From NCBI GenBank assembly GCA_964016885.1, contig OZ024744.1:39122001-39186000 (forward strand): a stretch of 64,000 nucleotides of DNA. Reading direction: 5' to 3'. Below are positions 36,733 through 50,760 of this stretch, in pieces (positions within the stretch are counted from its first letter, which is position 1; the number at the start of each line of letters is the position of its first letter). The position numbers were made by a program, and so were the translations under genes. A model generated the notes under the pieces. The model made no database searches. It worked only from the letters and a program-made list of their open reading frames with translations, and had not been told where the DNA came from. The stretch is from Eledone cirrhosa (taxonomy: Eukaryota).

Positions 36733-39700
36733 TGTTTGAGTGTATGTGGCCTGGGCATGCCCTGGAAACAGGGCCAGTTTTTAAATGATCTCAGGTCACA
36801 TTGTATAGATGTGATAGCTATCACTAAGTTCAGGATTCCTGACAAGCAGCAGGTAACCCCCATGTTCGATGATTTTGAGATCTATGCATATCTCTGTCAG
36901 CCAGGAGGTGGAGAGGGAGTTGCTGTTCTGTTTCGAAAAAACTTGGATCTCAAAGTACAGATGATTGACTTTGATCCGGAGGGCAGCCTGGTGGTCGTGG
37001 ACGTGAACGGTAGTAGTGAAGGTGGAGCTTTCAGACTGGTGGCTGTATATGCCCCGACTGGGACATCGCGACCAGAGTTCTTCAAGTCTCTGGAGCCATT
37101 CCTGAGAACGTCTCTCTCCTTAGTGATAGCGGGGGACTGGAATGGCATCTTAGACGCACGTTGGGGCTATGTAGGAGCTTGTGATAATAGGGGGGGGGGG
37201 GGGGGGTAATAGCTTAAAAAATCTCATCAGCCAATTCTAACTGGCTGATAGATTTCGACTAGACTTCCCAAGTGCACCACTGTGGACGTGGAGCAACCGC
37301 ACTGGGTCTTCTAGATCGTATTTAGATAGATTTCTAATTAGACAGAATGATAAGGAAACATCAAGTTGTCCACAAATGCACATGGTTGCCTATTCAGACC
37401 ACAAATAGACAACCTTGATAGTCACCCGCATAGACAATCTTGATAGAACACATAGACAGGGACCCGGATATTGGAAGCTAAACATGTCGCTCCTGGCGTG
37501 TAAAGCCTACAGTAAACGGATTGGCACCTTAGTTAAGTTGACGGGGGCGATGGTCAACAACAGTTGGTGGAGCTCTCTCAAGAGAGCAATTAGAATAGAA
37601 TCAATAGCATTTAGCAAAGAATAGAACTCGTGCTCTAAGAAACGAAGGAGCCAAAGCTGTTAGCTGGGCCCGAGACGCAGATGCGAAAAGTGGCAACAAA
37701 TCCAAAATTTGGTCTTTGCAAGACAAAGATGGACACATTCTACTTGAAACCAAGCAGATGTGCACGGCCTTCCAGCAGCACTTTGCACAACTGTTCGGGC
37801 AAAGCGGTACATCGAGCGAGGTGATGGACTTCAGCTCCTACCTCAACGGCCTACCATGACTCTCGAGCACAGATGCAGAGAGCTGCGAAAGGCTGATCAC
37901 AGCGGGCGAAATAGAAAATGCCCTAGGCCACTGTGGGAAACGCAAATCACCCAGTTTACATGGTTTACCCTATGAGTTTTACATAGGCATGCCAGACTTG
38001 TTCTCTGGTATCCTCGAAGTGGTCTACTGCAACTGGCAGCAGAACGGGAGGATTCCCAGTTCTGTAGGCAGAGGTGTAGTAACGCTGATCAGGAAAGATG
38101 AGAACAAGGGGGGTGAGATAAGCAATTTCAGGCCCATAACTCTGCTCAACACAGAGTTAAAGATTTTGGCCAAGGTGTTAGCAACAAAGCTGGCACTTGT
38201 CGTCGAGAACTTGGTAGGGGAAGCGCAAATGTGTGCAATCCCGACCAGGTCTATACATGACAACCGCCACCTAATGCGATACATCATAGAGGGGGTAGGG
38301 TGTAAACCTGACTTTAGTGGGGCTCTGATCAATTTAGATCAGTCTAAGGCATTTGATAGGGTCGACCATCAATACTTGGAAGCGGTTATCAAGGTGGCCG
38401 GCTTCAGTCCCATCTTCAGAGGCTGGATCGCTGCCATGCACACCAGCATCTTCTCTGTAGTCAAGGTGAATGGCTACCTATCATAGCCATTCCAAATCAT
38501 GCGTCCCCTCCATTAGGGATGCTCTCTCTCTTCTATTCTGTATGTACTGACTCTCGAGCCACTACTGCGGAAGTTGGAGCTGATGCAGAGCATCCCTATC
38601 GAACCAGTACTGTGGAATGCAGCATCAGCCTATGCCGATGACGTAACTGTAATGGTGTCGAAACCCTCGGAAATCGGGGTAATTGGCAACTTATTACAGG
38701 AATATGAAACATTAACAGGAGCAAGACTAAACCCAAACAAGTCTGTCGGTTTGCAACTCGGCACATAGAGAGGCAAACCCAGGTGCTGGACGGAAGGACC
38801 GGTGAAATAGCTCGGGGTCTGGTTTGGTCCAGACCTCTAGGTGGACAAGAACTGGAATGAGGTCATAGCAAAGGTGTTTGCACTCACCCAGAACTGGGCT
38901 GAGTGCAAATTCTCCTTGGGAGCATAGGTCAAGTGTAGGTGGCGAACACTTACATAGCGTCCATCATCTACTACCGCTTGACAGTCATGCCTTGTCCCAG
39001 AGAACACCTCACCAAAATGGAACACCTACTCTTCAAGTTCCTCTGGAAGAAACAGGCTCCATTGGTGAGGAGATCCATCTGCTCTCAACACCCTTCTAAT
39101 GGAGGGCTGAGCATGCCGTGGCTGATAATGCACAAACACGCGTTGAGGCTATGCCATCTCCAGGAATTCCTAACCGGCGAACTGGTGTGGCTGTCGTTTG
39201 TGAGAGGAACTCTTTCACAACTCATCTCACTAATAGAGCTGCAGTCCTGGGTCAAGCGAAGACCGAAAATGGGTGCCTGGCATCTCGAGTGCCTTCAGGC
39301 GCTCATAGCTCTCTACCAAGTGGAAACAGCAATCAGCAGATACTCTACTTCGACATTCTATAGGGGATTAGTGGAGGATAAGTGCGACGATGTTCTCGGG
39401 GAAACTCTAGGCATCGAGGAGGACGAACTGACCAGTCTGTTCGGGAGGACTTTCTGTCCAGGGCCTATGGATAACTTCCAGAGGTCTCTGGCCTGGCAGT
39501 GCTACCAAGGAGCTCTACCAGTTCGAAACAAAATCTACAGGCATCGACGCCCTGGCAGAGATCCTGCCAAAAGACCTGTCCAAGATGCGAGGAGGACATC
39601 AAAACCGTTCTGCACACAATTTTTCAGTGCCCAAGGGTGACTGACCTGTGGAATTATGTCGAACAGCTACTGTCACATGTGGGATGCATCCAATTGTCAG

Positions 39701-40230
39701 CCGAGTCCATCGTGAGGATCACCCCGCCGGCTTCATTCAAGAATGAATGGTGGCTATGACGAAAGAGGAAATATGGTGGACGAGGTTGAAAGGACTGAGG
39801 GCAAACACCTATCTCTCTGGACAATAACTTATCCCCTTCTTTAAGTACCACTTTAGAAGTAAGGTGAGAGTGGAGAGAGAGGTGCTACACCCCAGTAAAT
39901 TCACTGAAAGGTGGGTAAATGTGGCGAAAATGGCCTGAGTGAATGGCCCTTCTCTGTATATAAACCTGTAGGTTGAGGGAGATAAACAGAGGGAAGACGG
40001 GAACACGTACAAAACGTGTTCCTGGTGTTGAGGGTTGTTCTATCCACGGGGTGTAAAACAACCCCACAGTAACTTCCCCCCTCTATTGGGGATTTCGATT
40101 GTTTTATTTTATATATAGTTTATTGTTATTCATCATTGTTAAATATTTTATGTAAAACCCCTGCTGTCACGTCTTGTAATGTCCCATTTTTGTATGCCCC
40201 TGTGGCAAATAAAGAAAGATATCTATCTAT
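36733..40230 (+). mobile_element. Decayed Tx1/L1-group LINE ORF2 and 3' UTR
   Basis: APE: VYAP, GDWN, SYLDRF, SDH. RT: NFRPITLLNTELKILAK, LDQSKAFDRVDH, YADD. C-terminal CPRC..LH..FQCP. Many stops. 3' UTR ends aataaagaaag(atct)n. Confidence 0.9.
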
Positions 40231-41049
40231 CTGTCCACATGTGTACATCTTTTGTCAATGTATGGTGATGAAGGATATTAAAAAAGCCTGACCAGAAATA
40301 CACTGAACTTGTGATTGGCCAGTTGGAAACCTTCAACCAGCAATGTTATTGTTAAACAATTTATGTAAGATATAAGAAATAAACAAGCCAGTGAAAGCGG
40401 ACAAAGTCAGTGGCTGGATATTTAGCATCTAGACTAGCTCTACCATGTGTGCCTCTTTCTCCCAATTATGCACCCCATTCTCTGAAATAAAATAATTTCT
40501 ACTTACAGTTGCTGACATCTCTTGGTCCGACCACTGAAAATTACTAAGCCCACATTTGCTGCTGCACAGTCATCACTCACCAACATCAAGTCATGTGACA
40601 GGCCATAATACTATATGACCCACTCAACTGCATTGGATAATTCTACAATGCTGCTCCATAGTAAAGATGTTTAGTGATTTATCTTTTGATTGCAGGAAAT
40701 GATTATATATTTAATTGAATTATACAAAACTGTATAAAACCTCAATCCTTTAAGATTCCCTTTGAAGTTTGTGTCCAAGGTGACTGCCAAGTTAGCCTGT
40801 CATGAAAGAGTACTTATATAATCCAGTGTAGAATCATTTTGGCTAAATGGTTAAGAAGTTTGTTTCACAATCATTAGGTCCTGGTTTCAATCCCACTGTG
40901 TAGCATTTTTGGCAAGTGTCATTTACCATAGCCTCAAGTCAACCTATAACTTATGAATGATAATTCAAAGGGCCAGACTTGTCACACACTGTGTCATGCT
41001 GAATTTCGCTAAGAATTATGATAATGGTACATGTGTCTGTCTTCAATTC

Positions 41050-41490
41050 TTTTTCTGTGGCAACCCTTACATATGGTTATGAATCTTGGGTAATAACCAA
41101 AAGAATACAATCGCGAATACAAGCGGCCGAAATGGGGTTCCTCTGAAGGGTCTTTGGAGTAACGTTACTCAATAGTGTGTAGCTCAGAGATCAGAGTCAC
41201 TCCAGGTAGAGCCACTACTTCTCTGAATTGAGAGATCACAACTCCGATACCACGGGCATGTGGTTAGAATGTCTCAGGAAAGAATCGCTGGACAGATTTT
41301 ACGTGCAAAACCAATTGGCAGGAGATCCAGAGGTAGACCCCAAGCAAGATAGTTGGATAACATCCATGAGCTTGGCTGGTCATGCTTGGAGATCTAACTG
41401 GATCAATTGGAGATGGTTGCTTCTGACATGACTAACTGGAAGGAGTGTTTGAGGACTCTGCCCCCATAACCCTCTAAGGAATAAGTGAGT
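41050..41490 (+). mobile_element. Degraded RTE LINE 3' fragment
   Basis: TLTYGYESW..SRIQAAEMGFL..VEPLLL.IERSQLR..GHVVRM..GRP. Confidence 0.8.
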
Positions 41491-43257
41491 AGAATGCTCA
41501 GCCACTTACGCATTAATTTCCTGAGCAGGCTGTTCTGTTGATCGAACAACTGAAACACTTATTGTTGAAACCAAAGGAGTTTAATTTCTTCCTATATAAT
41601 CCAGGGAGAAAGTATTTGCAGGAATAGTGCATGGGTTGAGGGGAAATGTCTATGTACTCATTAACCTCATTAAAGAAACACTAAAACTTCCTCCTCAACA
41701 AACTACTTATTGGCATAAAAAGGAAACCACATGCAAAAGAAATATTAAGTTTCAGGAACATGTTAAACATATGTGTATTATTGGAATTTGGAGAAAATTT
41801 TACCCAAATATAGTTAAGAGATGCCACAGAATAGAGGATGAATGAGTTTCAATCAACAAAAAAAGTTTAATTTTTAGATGTTGCGGCAGCTAATAATTAT
41901 CATTTATTGTATTATTTATATGTCTCATGAAAATTTGGAGAATATCTTATCCAAATATAGTTAAGGAATGCCATAAAAGAGAGGAGGAATCAGGCTCAAT
42001 CAGCAACAGACTTGTAACTACGGCAAGGAAAGTGAGATTTTAAGATGTTGAAGCAGCTAATAAGTATAGTATTTATTGCATGATGATATTGGAACCCTCA
42101 TCTATGAAGACCTTAAGAAGTTAACAGACCAGCCATCACCATCATCATCGTTGTTGTTTTAACGTCTGCTTTCCCTGTTAGCAAACGTCCACTTTAAATA
42201 CTGAAGAAGAAAAATCTCCACAAGGTGACACAACAAAAAGCACCCAGTCCATCCTATACAATGGTTATGTTGGTGACAATAAAAAGCACCCAGTCCACCT
42301 TGTAAAGTGCATCTGGGGCTCAGTCCTAAGCCCCCTTCATCTTTAACATAGCCATGCAGGCCATAACAGAGAAGTTTAAGACCTAACTTCATCATGCTCA
42401 TATACAATCTGATAACCTTGATATTTTGGCATGGTTTCTAGATGGATGTCTTTCCTAAAGCCAATCACATTACAAGGGGTACTGGGTGCATTTTATCATA
42501 ACACTAACACTACTTCATGCATAGAAAAAAATTCATTGATCAAAATCAAATATAGTTCCATTAAAAAATACTTAACCACATATACGTGTATATAAACCTT
42601 GAAATATGTGACAAAAAATCCAATGGTAAAATGAGAAGGGGGGGGGGGGGGGGGGGGCTTATATTTCTGGTCAATATTTTGCTGATTTTCTCCAAATTCA
42701 AATTTTATGTAAATGAGGTGCTAAAATATTTTTGCTTTGAAGTTGAATATTACAGCGCTTTCACTTTGGAGATAAAATTTCTATCATTTTTTATGTTTTG
42801 AAAAATATGGCCAGCAAAATAGTTGGAAACTAATAAAAAGACCATTACTTAATGGAGTTATGGAACAAAAATTATACTCTAAAACATTTTAAATATCAAA
42901 ATATTAAAACTTCATAAATATATTCTCCACTCTTGAGAATTTTAAAACCACACCATCTAATATGTGTTTATTACCTGCCTTGGCTTATAAACAGGGTTTG
43001 GATTTTTTGCCTATTTCTCAGACATATAATAGGAGGTCATCATATATTTAGATTGGCTTATATTCAAGTATATTAAAGGTACTTTGTATTAAAAAAATCC
43101 TTTAAGAAAAATCATATATAAGAACCAGCAGTGAAAAACTATGACATCATTACAAATGCAAACTTCTCACACAAACACACAGCGACACACACACATATAT
43201 ATACATACATATACAAACACACATATATATATATATCTAGGGCAGGTAAAATTTCCA

Positions 43258-45310
43258 AGATCTATGTGTCTCCTTTGTGTTACATTCGAGCTGACTTTTG
43301 GGAGACTCCCATACAGCTCTGAGTTTTTCATCCTCAGTGTATACTGATTAATGTTCAGAGCCATCCTCAGCATTCTCGTGTAGCACAAATCCACTATCTG
43401 AGTGAGTTTCTTGGTCAGTGTCCAAGTCTCAGACCTGTACAGCAGCACAGACTCCACTGTAGTAACGAAGAGACGTATCTTCAGGTCTTTATGAAGGTCT
43501 GACTTTCACACTGATCTCAAACTGTGCCACGCCACCCAGGCTTTGCTCTTCCTCTCAACCACATCATCCTCTGTTTCCAATCTTTGCTGCCAGATACAGG
43601 AAGTCCTCAACCAATTCTAGCGGTTTCCTGCATACATTCATAATCTTCTCTAGCTTCTTAATATTCTCTACCAGATACTTCATCTTAATCTCATTCATTT
43701 TCAGCCCCACACTCATCGACACAGTCTCCACCTCCTGCATCAACTCCTCTGCCTCCTTCACTGAGTTTGTCACCAGAACTATGTCATCTGCAAATTCAGC
43801 ATCCAATATCTTTTTTGCCTTAACTCTCCTGCTTTGAGCCAGTGTTACAGTAAAGCCAGAGTTCTGGTGTTTCTCCAGTGCCAGGCACATACAATAGTCC
43901 ACTGCAATGATAAAAAGGTAGGGAGCCAATACATCTCCCTGGAGCACTTCAGCCAGTATTTCAAAGAGCTCTGTTATCCCATCAGGTGTAATGAATTGGG
44001 CTTTGGTGTTGGTGTAGAGCAGTAATATCAGGTCCACTATCTTCTTGGGGATTCCATAAGCCTGCAAGATCTTCATCAGGCAGTGACAGTCCACAGAATC
44101 AAAGGCCTTCCTAAAGTCAATGAAAACCATAACAGCAGGAAGGCTCTTTGTCCTAGCTCCCTCTAATATCCTCCTCAGCATCAGGATGTGACTCGTGGTT
44201 GATCTTCCCTCTCTGAACCTGTTCTGGTTGTCCCTGAGCATCTTCTCCATCTCGGGCTGGATCCTGTTAAGAACCATCCTGTTGAGAGTCTTTGCCACAA
44301 GTGACGTCAGTGAGATCCCTCTGTAGTTGTTGGTGTTAGAGAGATCTCCCTTCTTTGGCACTGGGACGATGTTACTGATCTTCCACTGATTCGGGGTAAC
44401 TCTTTTCTCCAGTGCCTGGTTACAGAACTCCAGGATGATATCATCAAAATTACACCTCTTCATCACCCCTGATGCCACTCCATCTTCTCCATGAGCCTTG
44501 CCCTCCTTAACCTTCTTCTTGGCTCTCTGAAGCTCCTCTCTGGTGAAGGGTCCTGTCCCAATATCCAGTTCCTCAAACAGCCACCTGATCTCCCCAGTGC
44601 TCTGGGCTGTGGAGGGTGGCTCTCCTAGTAGGGTCCTAAAATGGTCCAGCCATTTCCTTTTCCTATCCTCGGGCCCTGTTCCCAACTCGAACACCTTCTC
44701 TTCCTCTCTGTGATCTCGCTGATGATCATCCAGCACTCCTTACACCCAGACTTGTCAACTGCTCTCTCCACACTTCTGATCTTCTCTATCAGTGCCTCCT
44801 CTCTGGCCTCAGTGTAAGCAATATAGAGTTTGTCCCTCATCACCTCCATATTCTCCTTCATCTCCTCTGTAGGATCAGCATAGAATTGGTCCTTGGCAGC
44901 TTTCAGGTGTTCTCTGGATGCACACACTTTTGGGTCTGCAGAGCTGACATGCCTCCTCTTCTTCTCTATCCTCAGCACCGTCTCATTTGCTTCCACCACT
45001 GGTTGGTTGCCATCAATTTCGCCTCTAGCAGGGTGTCTCTCAGTAGTCTTCCATTTTGGTCGGTATTGTTATGGAAGTTCCTTACTCAGATATGCATTGA
45101 AGTCCCCCAGAACAAGCATGATGCTATGAGATTGTGTGGTGTTGACAGCTCTACACACCTCCTCCTGGAACTCCTCTGCACTCACATCACTGTCTCCCTC
45201 AGTTGGACTATAGGCTGAGATGACTGTCAGTCTTGGGTTTCTATTGAAGGTCACCCTCAACACTTGCAGGGAGACAGGTATGATTTCCCTCACCAATAGA
45301 TTGATTTTTG
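43258..45310 (-). mobile_element. RTE-clade LINE fragment (partial APE and RT), family distinct from the PHD-bearing RTEs
   Basis: ISAYSPT, LGDFNA, NYRGISLTS, FREGRST, FIDFRKAFDSV, VLQGDVLAP, EFADDI, EDFLYL, ESVLLY.SETW. Flanked by (TA)-rich repeats. Confidence 0.92.
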
Positions 45311-45578
45311 CACTGAACACAAAACATATATATATATATATATACACGCAGAAACACATATACATAAAAATAAAGACACACATACACACATATATATTTA
45401 TACACAAAAACAAATACACATATAGATACACACATATGTATATGTGGGTGTAGTAACATGCGAGGAAAACTCACCAGAAGCTAAGAAACAACCACTAAGT
45501 GTTATTATACAAAAAAATATGACATAATTAATATTATTATTATTATTAAATTTTACTCCTACTACTACTACAACTACC

Positions 45579-45614
<36 letters not shown>

Positions 45615-46147
45615 GCAATAAAAAGGAAAAGCACATTTACTTACTATCCATTGTGATAAACAAGTACAAACTTTTTAAAGACCATGAACCATATATAGGT
45701 GACACGTTATGGTTATGGATATAATAAAATGATGATAATGATGGTGGTGGTGGTGGTGATATCAGTAGTAGTTAATAATAGTAGTAGTAGTAGCAATAAC
45801 AGCAGTAACAATAAGAAATAATGAAATAGAGTGAATAATATATAAATATAAAACTTATATATATATATAATTGGAGGTATCTGATTCAGCAAAAAATAAT
45901 TCTATAGCAAAGGAAAAGAAATATGAATGTCTCTAAACATCCATACAAACATTAAGACAGACCTTACATATGAATACAAACATATGTATACATACGTATG
46001 TGTACCTACTACATATATATATATACATATATATATATCAACATGTGTACATATATATATATATACACATATATACCAACATATGTACATACATATATTT
46101 ATATATATACCAACATATATTTACATATATATCAACATACATACATG

Positions 46148-46187
<40 letters not shown>

Positions 46188-46199
46188 TACATACATATC

Positions 46200-46432
46200 A
46201 TCATCATCAGGTCGAGCTTGCTCGGCTTTCTACGACACGCTCCCTCCATCCATCTCTGTCTCTCATAGCGTTTGCCAGTTCTTCCACAGTGCATCCAGTA
46301 TCATCCTCAAGTTGCTTGACGTATGTCTTCTTGGGACGACCTACATTTCTTGCTCCATGAGATGGACTCCATAACAACACATCACCTGCTATTTCTTCCT
46401 TGCTGCGCCAACAGTGGCCAGCAAATCTGAGT
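46200..46432 (-). mobile_element. RTE LINE 3' end
   Basis: [32 protein letters not shown], (GAT)n tail, inserted in (TA)n. Confidence 0.85.
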
Positions 46433-46644
46433 TTACATATATACCAACATATATATATATACATATAAATTAACATATGTACATACATATATATACATAT
46501 ATACAAAATATCAATTCCTGAGTTGGGGCCAATCACTACTAATCGTAACATGAGCTGATCATTCATGAAACACACAGCATATGTTAAACATAAAGATGTT
46601 ATACTCATACTTCCTTCATGCTCCTTATCATTATTATTAGAAAT

Positions 46645-47398
46645 CTCTGGACTGACAGTGTTACCGAGGAGCTTTGCCAGTTCGGGATAAACTCTACAGG
46701 CATGGAAGTGCCGTCAGCCGGGCATGTCCGAGATGAGCGCAGGGCGACGAAACTGTCCTGCCTGCACTCATCCAGTGGCCGAGCATTGCTGACTTGTGGG
46801 TTTATGTTGAACACCTGCTGTCACGTGTAGGACAGATCCAGCTATCAGCTGAGTCCATCGTGAGGATTGCCCCGCCCTCTTCCTTTAGCCTGGTAGGGCA
46901 GGCAGTTTTTATCTGTCTGGTGGCCATGGCGAAAGAGATAGTATGGTGGACGCATCTGAAAGGGCTGAAGACGAGCACTTACCTCTTCGGTGATGCCCTG
47001 AATAACTTTTTCAAATTTCATTTGAAAAGGAAAATCAGGGTAGAGAGGGAAGTGCTCTCTTCCCAGCTTTTTGTTGAAAGATGGGTGAGAGAGGCAAGAA
47101 TGGCCCGAGTGAATGGGCCTACTCTGAGAATATGCCTGTAAATTGAAGGTGGAAAACTGGGAGAGGACAATTGCCCTGGTGGTCAGGGTCACTGTGGCTT
47201 TTTTTAATGGGCTTTCTCCACAATGGCCCTAGGAAGTCTCCCCCCTATTCGGGAATTTTTCATTGTTCTTTTTTTTGTTACATCCTCTGTTTTTTGTTTT
47301 TTTTACATGCAGAAATGCCCATTTGTACCGTCCTGTATTGTCCTGTACTGTCCTTAATGTCTACTTTGTGTGAACCCTTGTGGTTAATAAAGAAAGCA
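46645..47398 (+). mobile_element. Tx1-like LINE 3' fragment
   Basis: Homologous to 39470-40220 (LWVYVEHLLSRVGQIQLSAESIVRI..FVERWV). (ATT)n on both sides. Confidence 0.85.
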
Positions 47399-47424
47399 TT
47401 ATTATTATTACGATTATTATTATT

Positions 47425-47632
47425 AGTGAATTGGCAGTGTCGGTAGAGGGTCGGTCACCATGCTTTTCCAGCATAATTACGTCCCTTTTCGATCCCTCGT
47501 TGAGGTTAACTTTGCCTATCATCCTTATGGGGTCGATAAAATAAAGTACCAGTCACGCACTGGGGTCAATTTCATCGACTTTACCCTCCCTAAAAAATTG
47601 CTGGCCTTGTGCCTATATAGGAAACCATTATT
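47425..47632 (+). mobile_element. SINE of the (ATT)-tailed family
   Basis: Same domains as 815-1268. Confidence 0.8.
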
Positions 47633-47639
47633 ATTTCCA

Positions 47640-48575
47640 TTATTATTTTTATTGCACATCATTACTGCACCTTGGGTATGAGTAGTGTAGTTTTTGCAGA
47701 TGTTCCTATTGTGTTGATAATACTTTTCATAATATATGTGCAATGCCTAGTAGTGCTATCTTTTGTATGTTGTATATATTGGTAAGTCCTGGGGTTTTGG
47801 TTATGTATTTGTCTGTGTGTTTTTTATCATTCCCAGAGTACCTATTATTATAGGTATTGTTTCTCTTTTCAATTTCCATAATTGAGTTTTTTCTATCTCT
47901 AGATCTTTATATTTGGAGAGTTTCTCTATTTCCTTGGAAGATATATTGTTGTCTGTGAGGATAGATACATCTGTTAGAAGGCAATCTTTTTCTTTGTGGT
48001 CTTTGACTATATCTGGTCAGTTGGCCTTCATCTCCTTGTCTGTATGTATTGGCATATCCCAGAGAATGGTTGCTTTGTCATTCTCTGACCCTTTTTCTGC
48101 TGTGCGTTTGTACCATCTTTTTTCTGTTAGTATTTCATAATGCTGGTATAATTTCCAGTGAATGAAGGTCTCAACTTTATCATGCTTGTAGATATATTCT
48201 TTTTTTGGCTAGAACTGGGCATCCAGAGACTATGTGGTTGATTATTTCTTCCCACATATCTACAGTTACTTATATCTACTTCTGGTAGGTAGTCTCTGGT
48301 CCTGCGCTACAATTCAAAATCCTTCTGTCTCAGCTTTTAGTCTAGTGCTTCCGAGGCAGTTTTGTATATTTTCTTTGTCTACTTCTTTTTTTATTTAGCT
48401 TTTTGGGGTATTGGCCATGTAAGGATTTCTCTTGCCATCGTTTTAACATGGGATTCTGGATGTCAGTTTCCAATTTAAATTTTATCTTTTACAATTTCTG
48501 TTGTTATTTTTTCTTTGCTTTCATTTTCCTCACAATTATCTGTTAGTCCAGTTTCTGATTTGAATTTTCTGGCTT
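47640..48575 (-). mobile_element. R4/Dong-like LINE 3' part, close relative of 21480-22445
   Basis: Highly similar reverse complement, including the 3' UTR ctactcatacccaaggtgca..gtgcaataaaaataat.atggaaataataat. Confidence 0.9.
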
Positions 48576-48775
48576 CCTTACGGAATATTGTGAGATATGT
48601 AGTAAAAGACCAATATATCATGCTAAAACACATTGAGTAAACCATTACTTTGTTTTGTTTTGTCATCATTTGCTCTTCATATTTTTCTACCACATTGTAC
48701 TGACTTTTAAAAAATAACTTAATGGTCTTTTATTATTACACATACGAAAAGACAGACAGATAGACATACATATAT

Positions 48776-50760
48776 TCTTCTTCTTCTTGCTCAATGGGAC
48801 TAGGGACATCCTAAAACAGCGATCCCTGAGGTATCATCATACATAGAGCCAGCCAGGTCCACCAGTGCCCTCTATTGCTGGCAGTCCCTCTGCATCCTCC
48901 AAGGTGGTGTTGTGCCTCTGGAATCTTCCTTAATCATATCCAGCCATCTGATGTGGAGCCTGAAGCATGGCTTCTTCAAGCCCGCAGCTGCTGCATTGAA
49001 TGAGAGTAAAGATGACCTGGCAGGAAGCAGAGGGAATATCCATACCAGAACATGTAACGGCTCTGAGGCAGGAGGCACACACAGCTCTCTGTTGGAAACA
49101 TGGTGGTACTATCTGATGCTCTTGATAGTACTCAAGGCTCTGCTATCAAACCCACTGATGTTCATTGTCAGGGTTTTCGTGAGGGGCCACAAAAGGACCG
49201 ACACATTGTAGATATGGAACATTGTCTTCCAGGAAATAGAGCAGTGGCTCCAAAGGGGCTTCCATAGAGTGTGCATGACTCCAGCAGCCAGACTACATCT
49301 GTGGTTGATCTCTGGGATCAGGTATCCAGTTGGTGATTGTGGTGCTCAGGAAAATAAAGGAACTGACAAATCCGTGATGTTGGGGCTGATATGATGTAGA
49401 GGAGGATCCGGGTCATTGCCGATATGCATCAGCTTGGTCTTTGCCTCGCTCACTTTAAGGCCAAGCTTTGCTGAATCCTCCCGGTATATGGTCAGTGCAT
49501 CGCTGAGCCGATTGATTGAGTTGCTGAATAGAGTGGTGTCACATACTCCAAGTCAGTAAGGTGGTAGTTACTGAAGGTAATGCCAGAAACTCACTCACAG
49601 ACCTTAGTCATCAGATAGTTGATGACACAGTTAAACAAGTTGGGGACAGCCATGCAGCCCAGTCTGACACTCTGTTGATGGGGAAGCAGTCAGAGTCCTT
49701 TCTGTTCATCCACACACAGCTCTCGGCACTGTTATAGTGCCATTGGAACAGGGTGGTGATCTTAGGAAGCATGCTGATGAACTTGAGAATTTTTCGGAGG
49801 GATGCATGGTGTACCATGTTGAAAGCTACTTTGAAGTTGATAAAGGTGATGTGGAGGTGGTGATCTTTGTAGAACTCCCAAGATCTTTCAATAATGAGAT
49901 GGAGGGCAGAAATGTGGTCGGAGGTAGATCGATTTGGCATGAATCTCACTTGTTGTGGGTGACGTCTGCTTCTAATAGCAGGAAGAGCATGGCTGAGGAG
50001 GATCTTGGTGAAGAGCTTGCTGGGGAAGAAGAGGGGTTGGTGCCCCTGTGGTTGCTGCAGACAAGTTTATCATCCTTCTTAGGATGATGCCCTGGATCCA
50101 ATCATTTGAGAACCACTCTAATACCCATACATGGTCGATGATGCGTGTGAACCACTGGATCATGTTATCTCAGCCGACCTTCAACCTCTCCGCAGTGATA
50201 GAGTAGATTCCAGGGGATTTGCAGTTGTCGAATTTCTTGAAGGGGTGACAGATCATGTCTGCAAGTGCCGTTTGTTGCAAATGTGTCTGCAGTGATGGTT
50301 AGGCAGGGATCGATTGGGATAGGTGAGTGATGAAGAAGAAGGTTGAAGTACTCCTTCCAGCATTCGAGGCAGAATGTTTCCATGGTGATGATGTTGCCAT
50401 TGGTATTCTCCACCACGGCTGCCTTAATCTGGCATTTGGTATGGGTTCTGCAGAACATGTTGAACACCTGGCTGAGGTCATTGTTCTTTGCCGTTGCCTC
50501 AAGACACTCAGCTTCTTCTGCCCAGAACTTCTCCCAGTCATATTTGATGGTCTGGTTGTGTATCCAGTTGAGTCGGTAATACTCATTCATGTTGCTGTGC
50601 AAGCAAGCCTTGCAGTGACAGTTGATTATCTACAATGCTGTTTGAGAAGAGGTCTTGAGTTTACTAGGACATCACACACAGACTGCTTGATGCTTGATTT
50701 GAAGATCTCCCAGTTGTCGGTTTCATCCTCGCCCAAGGTGCTGAAGTGATTTGTGATACG
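48776..50760 (-). mobile_element. Decayed RTE-clade LINE
   Basis: CWKEYFNLLL, FMPNRSTSDHI, FINFKVAFNMV, RLHIRWLDMIKED. (GAA)n tail at ~48776-48787. Confidence 0.8.
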
